64,000 nt of DNA from Mobula hypostoma (taxonomy: Eukaryota): the NCBI RefSeq assembly GCF_963921235.1, contig NC_086097.1:146942001-147006000 (forward strand), given 5' to 3'. Numbering within the stretch: position 1 is the stretch's first letter; every line of letters starts with the position of its first letter. Below the pieces are notes generated by a model. The model had not been told where the DNA came from. It searched no databases and saw nothing but the letters and a program-made list of their open reading frames with translations. Positions 54,436 through 64,000 of this stretch are shown in pieces. Made by a program: the position numbers and the translations under genes.

Positions 54436-56356
54436 GTTAATCAGACCATTTAAGAAGAGCAGAATATTGGTGAACTGCTCAGATTTTTAAACTGTCAAAC
54501 CAATGGTTTCATTATTACTATTATTAAGACAGGTCTTTTCATCTGCAATATACAGATTATTTATAATCAAAGGTAACTCTCAAAACCACATGAAGTCATA
54601 CCTCTGCAATGCTATCAGGGTCATCTTGCTTATTAGTCCAATAATTTAACTATTGTGGTCTCACAATAGTGATGTTTTTGGATGACAATTCATTACTCTA
54701 CAACACCTTGATATAAATGGGAATAAATATCCTTGGGGTTTTCCTGTGAATATATGAGGCATATAAAGAATATTAAACATTTCTTCAGACACAGCCTGCA
54801 GTTACTTCCAGCAAGCAAGGTAACAACATGGAACAATTTTAATCAGTTGTGTTATCAAGTGAAGCAGTTAATAGCCAGAGTGATGATCAACTTTTTGAAG
54901 CTGCTTATACTTTCCTGTAATGCCACGCCAAGATGAGGTGGCTGTCTTTCAGTCGAAAGCTGAATAAAGGATGAAAATTCCTCCATGACTGAATTGGGCA
55001 TCAGTCTAAATGCAGGTTCCAGGCCTCATTAATCTTGACCCAGTTTTTACAGGCAATGAAAAGTCCCTCAAAATTCCATTGGCAAACATAATGAATCTAT
55101 ACTTATATTGTGTGCATCTCCTGAAATCAATTTGATACACAAACCCTGCTACATTCAATACAGTAAAATCATGTGCGACAAGTGGTCATTCTGCGTGTAT
55201 AGCCCGTCACATGATGGATAGGAAATAGAATGGGGAAACACTAGCCCTGTTCATGAGATGGTGAAAAATCCTTGCTAACCAGATAATTCATATCACTCTC
55301 CAGCTAAGCTGGCTGGTAAATTGCCAAAACCTGAACTTTCAGGACAGTTCTAACACTACAAAACCATTCTAAAACTATTAAACATTTAAATGAAAGATCA
55401 ACTAGAGTATTTAATTCCAATTAATATAGATGAAAATAAAAAACATTTAGTGTAACAAGTGGTATTCACAAAAATGAGAATCATCACTTATCCCTTGAGC
55501 AATTCTTTTTCTTGAAAATAACAGTGAAGATTTTTCACTGGAATTTGTACAGTGTATTCACAATGTTGAATGCACATGCTGGGGAATTGTTTACACCTAG
55601 GTTTCCATTGCTGAAATCTATGAGCTCCAGTGTCCATTAGGAAACTACTAGGGAATACCTGCTTTCTAATTTGCTTGTGCTAGTGTGTGATTAGGCAAAA
55701 ATTCTGAACTAGCAAAATTAATATTTATGAATGAAACTTTTTCCCCATAAAACTTGTACCATTCTTTGAGAACTTATTCACATCAGCATAGGCTAGTGGC
55801 AGGGCTATTGAGAAAGGGACCCAAGAAGATGAACATGGCTAGGCACTTCCCCAGCATTAAACCAATGCTGAAACATAACGTAAACCTCCAAAATTAAACA
55901 TGGTTAAATGATTGAATTTTAAAGTGATAATGGGAGTCTGACTTCATTATATGAGACAAGCAACAGTTCATTGTCCATGATGGCACAGCTTTTAGAAATT
56001 TTCAATAAAACTATCCAACGTACTGGAGAATCACAAGACTACAGTGGTGTTCGAAAGTTTGTGAACCCTGTAGAATCTCCTCTATTTCTGCATAAATATG
56101 ACCTAAAATGGGATCAGATCTTTACATAAGTCCTAAAACTAGGTGATGGAGAAACACAAGGTGATAAGTGAAACTGGGAAGAGGGGATAGATGAAGTAAA
56201 GAGTTGGGAAGTTGATTGGTGAAAGAGATACAGGGCTGGACAAGGAGGTATCTAATAGGAGAGGACAGAAGGCCATGGAAGAAAGAAAAGGGGGAGGAGA
56301 ACCAGAGGGAAGCAATGGGCAGGGAAGGAGATTTGAAATCACTTTCTCCAAGACAG

Positions 56357-56640
56357 CATGGGGCAGCTCCTTAGTGTAGTGGTTAGCACAATGCTATTAC
56401 AGCACTGGCCGTCGGAATTTAATCCCGGCGTCCTCTGTAAGGAGGTTATACGTCCTTCCAACAGAATGCATGGGTTTCCTCTGGTTGCTCTGATTTTCTT
56501 CCAGTCAGAAGACATACTGCATATCAGGTTAGTTGGTCATTGTAAATTGTCCAGATGCTAGAGTTAAACTGGGGACTGTCAGCTGTACAGCTCGAAAGGC
56601 CAGAAGGGCCTATTCCATGCTGTATCTTTAAATAAATAGA
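56357..56640 (+). mobile_element. Probable tRNA-derived SINE
   Basis: Head with A-box-like tagtgtagtggttag and B-box-like gaatttaatcc; ends in an AAAT-type tail. Confidence 0.5.
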
Positions 56641-57926
56641 TGACACAGACTCATTTCAGTTGTAGTTGCTGAGTTGAAACATTAGATAAATACATTCATC
56701 TGAAATGAATTCACACATTCCTTAAAGGAACAAAAAAAAGAGTTTTGGATAATCTCATTCTAGTTATCCAAATTCCTTCACCGTTTTATCTGCAGCACAG
56801 CATACAGTATCTACAGAATTTAATGCAGAAACTCACAAGATTAAGTTAACAGCATCTCCCCTCTTTGCACCCCCTGTCACTCAGAAGACGAAAAGCAATT
56901 CTGCAGAATGCCATCACTTCCAAGTTTATCTCAAAACCCATATGCAATTCCACCTTTCCACTAGCATCAATGGGACCAAAATCCCCAAATCCTCTGCCAG
57001 CCATCATACTTAAACTTCTGACATTTTAAGAAATGTATCAATTGAAAGGAAACACACAGCTCCACTATAGACAACTAATAAATAGGGTCGGACAAACCCA
57101 GAGCATTTACTTTCTGGTGCTTAGTAGAAGCAAGCTAAAATCTTGATCAAATATAAAAGTAACATGGCATGGAAAATACACTACAGTGAAATTTGCAATA
57201 AGTGCTACTTTGAATTGCCTAAGATAGAACAAATTGACTAAAATAGCCACATCCATTCTATCTGATCTGCAGATATATGGACTTTAATCAATGAAAGAGT
57301 TAAAGGCAAGGCAATGAAAGAATTGTCTGTGCACTGCCTTTGTCAATTAAGCAACTACTAAAATACCTTGAAGTATAAAGAACTGGAGAGAGTGCTATGT
57401 AGTCAAAAAGGAAATCCACTGTAGGACATTAGCTCAATTATTGATTATCTCTTCTCTGCTTGATATTCCCCCTTCCCATCACCCTATAATGTTTTGTGCA
57501 AAATAAACTCACAGACACTGTATTATTGACAAACGGACAAAGTACTGCCAGATCTTACATCATATGCATCAGTCATAGCATTGAAATGCTCAGCATTCAC
57601 TTACTTCGTACTTTTGATATTTCTTTTAAGATATCTCAGAGCAATTTAAGAGTCACTGTTGTAACATGGAAATGTGATGGTCAATTTGTACATCTATAGC
57701 TACAACAAAGGGACAAAGTGATATTGACCAGAATATCACATCCGTAATGTTAGTTCAGGGATAAATTTGGGGTAGAACACTGAACTCACAGCCTCGTTCT
57801 TGAACAGAGGGCAATAACACTTTCACATCCATCGGAAAGCAGGCAGGTCTTTGTTACAATCTCATGCAAAAGCCAGCATTGTGTCTATGCTGCAGTCCCT
57901 CTATTTTGCACTGGAGTACCAGACTG

Positions 57927-58001
57927 TACAGTATTGTGCAAAAGTCTTAGGCACCGTAGCTAAAAAAAAAAATCTGCCTAAGATGTTTGCACAATACGGC
58001 A
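57927..58001. mobile_element. Mini Tc1-type MITE
   Basis: TA-CAGTATTGTGCAAAAGTCTTAGGCA ... TGCCTAAGATGTTTGCACAATACGG inverted ends around a ~20-nt core. Confidence 0.7.
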
Positions 58002-58082
58002 TACTTGGCTCTAGAGAGACTTTTGCACCTACTGTATAACCCTTAGAATCAACATCGAATGTGCTACCAGTTGAACTACCAC

Positions 58083-58361
58083 CGGCACAGCTAGAGGTGG
58101 GATGTAACTGGGTGTATAGGCTGATTCTAAAGGCAGCAGCCGACAAGAGGCTTGTAGGTTAGTACACATGGATGCTTGTAATTGTTTTGTGGAGTGCAGA
58201 AGATGTCTATTGACCAGTAACCAATACATTAGTATTTGAAGTCAGGATAAAAGAAGAGTCACTCATAACATCGAAGGACCAGATAGGGTGGTTATGAATA
58301 ATGGTGGTCAAATTACTCTTAGATGTCGGCCCAGGAAGTATATCCTGTTTGTAACAGACAT
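58083..58361 (-). pseudogene. TMEM132-like exon relic, N-terminal domain (phase 1-1, two stops)
   Basis: Acceptor tttttag|. Reads DVCYKQDILPGPTSKSNLTTIIHNHPIWSFDVMSDSSFILTSNTNVLVTGQ*TSSALHKTITSIHVY*PTSLLSAAAFRISLYTQLHPTSSCA, resembling TMEM132 ...VSFFLKEANQD..RNSSLQSRVESFLIY...PVLNASYGPFSIEQVVP. Donor uncertain: G|GTGGT at 58083, or an alternative at 58005. Confidence 0.6.
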
Positions 58362-58477
58362 CTAAAAATATGTTTGTAGTGACGCTGATTGCATGAGAGA
58401 AACTAATGTTAACATGGAGGATATATTCATATAAACATGTACACAAATAACCAAACATCTTCTTCAGGTGTGGCAAA

Positions 58478-58842
58478 AATATTGCGTACAAAATAATGAG
58501 AGGCATTGATCGTGTGGATAGTCAGAGGCTTTTCCCCAGGGCTGAAATGGCTAGCATGAGAGGGCATAGTTTTAAAGTGCTTGGAAGTAGGTACAGAGAT
58601 GTCAGGGATAAGTTTTTTATGCAGAGAGTGGTGAGTGTGTGGAATGGGCTGCCGGCAGCAGTGGTGGTGGCAGAATCGATAGGGTCTTTTAAGAGATTCC
58701 TGGATGGCTACATGGAGCTGAGAAAAATAGAGGGTTATGAGTAAAGCCTAGGTAGTTCTAAGGTAAGGACATGTTCGGCACAGCTTTGTGGGCTGAAGGG
58801 CCTGTATTGTGCTGTAGGTTTTCTATATTTCTATGCTTCTAA
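58478..58842 (+). mobile_element. CR1 3' end fragment
   Basis: MRGIDRVDSQRLFPRAE...FFMQRVVSVWNGLP with a (tttctat)n tail. Confidence 0.85.
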
Positions 58843-59857
58843 AACAAATAACCAGACAATCAACAGAAAATTTTGGAAAGATTCAACATCTGATTAACAG
58901 TCTTCAACATGAAACATTACCATTTCTTCTCTATCCACAGATTTCTCCTGACCTGGGGAACATTTCCGTTCTGTTTTTATTTCAGACACCTAGTATCTAC
59001 ATTTTTTTTTGAATTATTACCACATCATCAATTGTGGATTTATTCATTACTGATAAGCTTTTAAAAATTTAACAACCATCTTTTCTTGGAAGACTTACTT
59101 CCGTCATTTTAATTATAGATCAGCATCAACACAAAGCTTTTCATTACATGCTTAACAAAAGTCAGAAAGTCTATAGGAAAGTTCCACACATTAAATATTT
59201 CAGATTTCAGGCCATCGCCTGTTTTTAGGGTTTGTATAGTGTATTTGCTCATACGTCAAACACATATGGAAAACCAATGGATTGTGAAAGGATTTTTAAT
59301 CATTGTAATTAGAAATTAGTTTACTGCATCAATACATATTTTGAGATAGAATTTATGATTAATTTGAGATAAACGGAAAACGTAGTAAGCTTCAGAATAA
59401 CTAAAGACTTCATACCTCTGATTCTCAAAGTTCTCCACTCCTGAAGGTTTTATCAGATCAAGATCAATAACTATGATTTATTGGCCCCCAATAACATTGA
59501 ATTAAGCCACTATCATTCAAGTGTTTCAATATTCACACCAATACAACTTGCAGTTGTTTCACTTATTGCCTTCCATATTTCCTCTTGTTTCACATTTTCC
59601 AAGTTCGATGTAAATTCATTATTAAAGTATGTATACTGCCACAAACTACCTTGACATAAATTTCCTTCCAGGCATTTAAAAGAAACAAGTAATACAGTAG
59701 AATTTTATGAAAAAAATAAACATGAACACATAAAAATTCACAAGCAACAAACTGACATCATCCTGCTTTGATGTTTTTTTCAGATCATGAAAATTAATAT
59801 GAAGAAAATAAAGTTCAACAGATTCTTTCTTCACAACTACCACCCCTCTGTCACATA

Positions 59858-60380
59858 TATTCAGCGGCCGCTTTAGGTACCTCCTGTACCTAATAAAGTG
59901 GCCACTGAGTGTATGTTTGTGCTCTCCTGCTGCTGGAGCCCATCCACTTCAAGGTGTGATGTGTTCTGCATTCAGGGATGCTCATCTGCACACCATTGTT
60001 GTACTGCGTTGTTATTTGAGTTACTGCTGCCCTCTTGCCAGCTGAAACCAATCTGACCTCTCTCATTAATAAGGTTTTCGCCCACAAACTGCCACCATTC
60101 TCTGTAAATCCTAGTGACTGTTTGCATGAAAGTTTCATGAGATTAGCAGTTTCTGAGATACTTAAGCCATCCAGTCTGGCACCAACAATCACTCCACTGT
60201 CAAAGTCACTTAGGTCACATTTCTTCCTGTTTCTGATGTTTGGTTTGAACAACAACTCAAACACTTGATCATGTCTGCATGCTTTTATGCATTGAATTAC
60301 TGCCACATGATTGGCTGATCAGATGTTTGCGTTAATAAGCAGACACACAGGTGTACCTAATAAAGTGGCCATTGACTGTA
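59858..60380 (-). mobile_element. Tc1-derived non-autonomous element
   Basis: Transposase N-terminal remnant DLSDFDSGVIVGAR..GLSISETA; GTACCTAATAAAGTGGCCA terminal motifs. Confidence 0.8.
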
Positions 60381-60966
60381 TTTCCCAGTTCCTTTCTTCT
60401 TCATATCCAAATCACAGATCTCCTAGGCCTTTTACGAAAATGCTTATAAAAAACTTATTGCAAGTGGAACAATCCCAGTAACAGCAAATCTCATATCAAG
60501 TCTATCTCCATAACATTTTGACCTACAAAATAAGCTTCTAACCTAAACCTGCTTGTAGAATCAGCCTATACCATCAACTTCCATCGCTTGTAGCTGAAAG
60601 ATTTCCAGAATTAAATAACTCCCTGATATTTATTGTCTAGGTTTATAGGAGTACCTTATACCCTCTTTAGGTGATACCAAATCTGTATTACAGATTTTCT
60701 CCTGTCCGAATCAATATTGCAGACCAATATTTCAGGATGGAAAGAGAGAAAAAAAGATCACAAGTATTTTCGCCACAAAAGTAGAAGGAGAAAAAGACAA
60801 TGAATATAATAGAAAAAGGTAGAATGGGAATCTCTGAAGACCTCATGTGATGCTTCGGACAACAATGTTACTGTTTATTCCTCTGTAACTATTAATAATA
60901 TTCTGCTGCCAGAGTGCTCTCTCATCACCTTGCTCAATAATGCTCAAGCACTGTATTTTAACATAC

Positions 60967-61066
60967 CATTGGCTTCCATATTGTTTAAACTGTCTTTTTT
61001 TTCCACTGTGAATCAAATGAAGGATTAATGCAGATGGTGGATCAAGTGTCTTGAATGACACGTCAA
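60967..61066 (-). pseudogene. Candidate upstream exon relic
   Basis: Acceptor cttcctttcag|, donor TG|GTATGT. 100 nt; removing one A from the A8 run gives a phase 1-1 exon (VDVSFKTLDPPSALILHLIHSGKKDSLNNMEAN) compatible with the 58361 exon. Confidence 0.3.
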
Positions 61067-61254
61067 CTGAAAGGAAGCAGGTATTTTGGTTTTATCTGTA
61101 TTGGAACAGAATAGAAGAGAACCACTGTATCCTGCGGAACTGAAAGTACAGATTAAAAACCAAGTAAGCAAGTCTACTCAGTACTGATTATTAAAATTCA
61201 AAGTGGTTAGCCCTTGAAGTACTCAACAGAATTAGCTACAGTAAATGTGTGCAA

Positions 61255-62272
61255 CACACACAAAATGCTGGTGAACGCAGCAGGCCAGGCAGCATCTATA
61301 GGAAGAAGCACAGTCGACGTTTCGGACCGAGATCCTTCGTCAGGACTAACTGAAAGAAGAGATAGTAAGAGATTTGAAAGTGGGAGGGGGAGATCCAAAA
61401 TGATAGGAGAAGACAGGAGGGGGAGGGAAGAAGCTAAGAGCTGAAAAGTTGCTTGGCAAAAGGGATACAGAGTTGGAGAAGGGGGAGGATCATGGGACAG
61501 GAGGCCTAGGGAGAAAGAAAGGGGGAGGGGAGGCCAGAGGAAGCTGGAGGGCGGGCAAGGAGTGATGGTCCCGACGCACACCCGTGCTCCCGGTGTGGCC
61601 TTCTATACATTGGTGAGACCCGACGCAGACTGGGAGACCATTTCACTGAACACCTATGCTCTGTCCGCCAGAGAAAGCAGAATCTCCCAGCGGCCACACA
61701 TTTTAATTCCACGTTCCATTCCCATTCTGATATGTCAATCCATGGCCTCCTATACTATCAAGATGAAGCCACACTCAGGTTGGAGGAACAACACTTTATA
61801 TTCCGTCTGGGTAGCCTCCAACCTGATGGCATGAACATTGATTTCTCTAACTTCCGTTAATGTCCCTCCTCCCCTTCTTACCCCATCCCTTATTTTTATT
61901 TCTCCCCTTTTTTTTCCTTCTCTCTCCGTCCCTCTCACAATCACTCCTTGCCTGCTCTCCATCTTCCTCTGGGCTCCCCTCCCCCTTTCTTTCTCCCTGT
62001 CCCATGATCCTCCCCTCTTTCCAACTCTGTATCCCTTTTGCCAATCAACTTTCCAGCTCTTAGCCTCATCCCTACCCCTCCTGTCTTCTCCTATCATTTC
62101 GGATCTCCCCCTCCCCCTCCCACTTTCAAATCTCTTACTATCTCTTCTTTCAGTTGGTCCCGACAAAGGGTCTCGGCCCTAAATGTCGACTGTACTTCTT
62201 CCTATTGCGTTCCACCAGCATTTTGTGTGTATTGGTTGAATTTTCAGCATCTGCAGATGTTCTCGTGTTTGT
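61255..62272. mobile_element. Penelope-like element: inverted pLTR, GIY-YIG remnant, pLTR
   Basis: 61256-61566 is the reverse complement of ~61940-62236; the spacer encodes LFYIGET and LEEQHFIFRLGSLQPDGMNIDFS-like fragments. Confidence 0.85.
61312..61347 (-). ncRNA. Minimal hammerhead ribozyme motif
   Basis: Minus strand AGTC-CTGACGA-A-GGATC TC GGTCC-GAAACGTC-GACT; core intact. Confidence 0.75.
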
Positions 62273-62402
62273 GACAGTAAATGTATGTTCAGTTTACAGT
62301 GTGTGGCAGTCGTAATGGCCATATTGGTTTTCTACTTTGCAGTGTTTGGGTGCAAGTTCGGGAGGATGACATAACAACGAGGAAAAGGTAATGGTGATTC
62401 TA

Positions 62403-63136
62403 TGAGGGGTGATTGGTAAGTTTGTGGCCCAAGGTAGAAGGAGTCAATTTTCGAAAACCTAGCACATGTATTTTTCAACATTGTCCCCTCCTACATGTAC
62501 ACACTTAGTCCAGCGGTCGTGGAGCATACGGATCCCTTCTTTGTAGAAGTGGTCCACAGCAGGGGTGATTGATAAGTTTGTGGCCTAAGGTAGAAGGAAT
62601 TTAGTTATTAACTTCAAACTTCCTGCATTATCACACAAAAAGTTGAACTGCACATGCATGTAACGAGAGCGTCTTGGACCTCCAGATGGTCCAGTCCATA
62701 ACAGAGGCAATTGATAAGTTTGTGGCCTAAGGTAGAAGGCAATGAGTTACACCGCTCTCGTTACATGCACGTGCAGTTCAACCCTTTGAGTGATAATGCA
62801 AAAAAGTTGTAAATTAATAACTCATCAGGGGTGTTTGGTAAGTTTGTGGCCTAAGGTAGAAGGAGATGACTTATTAACTTCAAACTTTCTGCACAATCAC
62901 TCAAAGAGTTGACCTGCATGTTCATGTAACAAGAGCTGTATAACTCATCTCCTTCTACCTTAGGCCATGAACTTATCAATCACCCATTTGTGGACACTTT
63001 CTGGAAGTCCAAGATCCGTATGCTCCAGGACCACTGGACTAAGTGTGTAAATGTAGGAGGAGACTATGTTGAAAAAATAAATTTTCTAAAATTGACTCCT
63101 TCTACCTTAGGCCACGAACATATCAATCACCCCTCA
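62403..63136. mobile_element. Mariner-derived palindromic MITE flanked by TA
   Basis: TIR TGAGGGGTGATTGGTAAGTTTGTGGCC ... ATCAATCACCCCTCA; both arms carry the transposase C-terminus (KIRMLQDHWTKCVNVGGDYVEK on +). Confidence 0.85.
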
Positions 63137-64000
63137 TATAGTGTGTTCTTCCCAAAACTGTGTGGGTTTGCTCCCGCGTTCCAAAGATGCACAGTTTAAG
63201 GTTAGTAAGTTGTGGGCATGCTACTTGGGTGCTAAAAGCACAGCAACACTTGGCAACACATCCTTGGGCTGTGTTCGTTGTTGACACAAACAATGCATTT
63301 CTCTGTTGTTTCGATGTAATTGTGACAAATAAAGCTCATCTTTGATTGAGTTTGAATAAACCTACTTTCCGAGGAACGATTCAATCCGGGAATGCCAAGC
63401 ATCATCTACATTATTTATCAGCTGTTTAGTTCATTTACTTCAAGAAGATATTGATAGCATTGATGGCTGATTACCTGCTCAGTCACCTTTCAGCAGCCAC
63501 TGGAAATGACGTGTAACATTAGACCCTGCTAATGTTTCCCATTGATCATAGTGTGTGTGTGTCTCTGTCTCTCTCTCTGTCTCCCTCTCCCCTCCCCCTC
63601 TCCCCCACCCCAATCACAGCCAGCAAATGTATGCCTGTGTAACTTCAGAATGCTTCACTTCTTTCACAGCTGCCAAATTGTGTAGCTGAGGGAAATAGCT
63701 GTCATTTCAATCTTCAGATAGCCCTCTGGAGAAAGTTGTAAATGCATCTTATCAGTTATCAGCAGTAAACCTCGGCTGCAAAAGTGACTGGACATTGGGA
63801 ATCACAGACCCTGCTGGGGATATATACAAAGCAAACCTGACAACTCTTGGACTGAAATTTAAAAAAATTGAGAAAGCACTGCAGATATAAGATTACTGAA
63901 ATTTACAATTCCTTACAATCAACAAAGGACTATCATACTAAGCTGTGTGCAAGCTTTGAGTGTAGCTGCTGTGGAAGAGAATGTATTTCCCTTAGCCAGG

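Larger units (their letters stand above)
11727..58361 (-). pseudogene. Multi-exon, divergent TMEM132-like pseudogene (overall span of exon relics)
   Basis: About nine exon-like segments in non-repetitive DNA, most with an AG acceptor and/or GT donor and with compatible phases where both sides can be placed. Translations are collinear with remembered TMEM132 motifs. In-frame stops, a frameshift and TE insertions lie inside exons. Confidence 0.7.

Noticed and set aside
58005..58082. Extension of the 58361 exon to a phase-1 GTATG donor at 58005 (GGSSTGSTFDVDSKGYTVGAKVSLEP)
   Set aside because: This stretch resembles an old SINE head and a MITE end on the + strand and adds no TMEM132 similarity; kept only as an alternative donor.
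62560..62990. Regularly spaced ~35-nt repeats resembling a CRISPR array
   Set aside because: The repeats are mariner TIR copies, the spacers are related to each other, and the context is eukaryotic with no cas genes.

Overview
Eukaryotic, repeat-dense vertebrate DNA; the repeat set suggests a cartilaginous fish, probably a ray (inference). Most of the window is decayed transposable elements: CR1, Rex1/Babar, Tx1 and L1 LINEs, three Gypsy LTR relics, Penelope-like fragments carrying minimal hammerhead ribozymes, a hAT/Buster element and Tc1/mariner MITEs. Several are nested and some keep their target-site duplications (TSDs). The unique DNA between the repeats holds a chain of about nine minus-strand exon relics (~58.4 kb to ~11.7 kb), most with a recognisable splice acceptor and/or donor. 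Their translations resemble, in order, the TMEM132 family architecture: N-terminal domain, cohesin-like domain, Ig-like domains, then a hydrophobic segment. The gene is disabled by stops and a frameshift, and transposons split two exons clearly and probably a third. It has more N-terminal exons than canonical TMEM132A-E and possibly extra upstream exons, so it may be a divergent, unannotated TMEM132-like pseudogene. All protein similarities are by-eye comparisons with remembered sequences, not database results.
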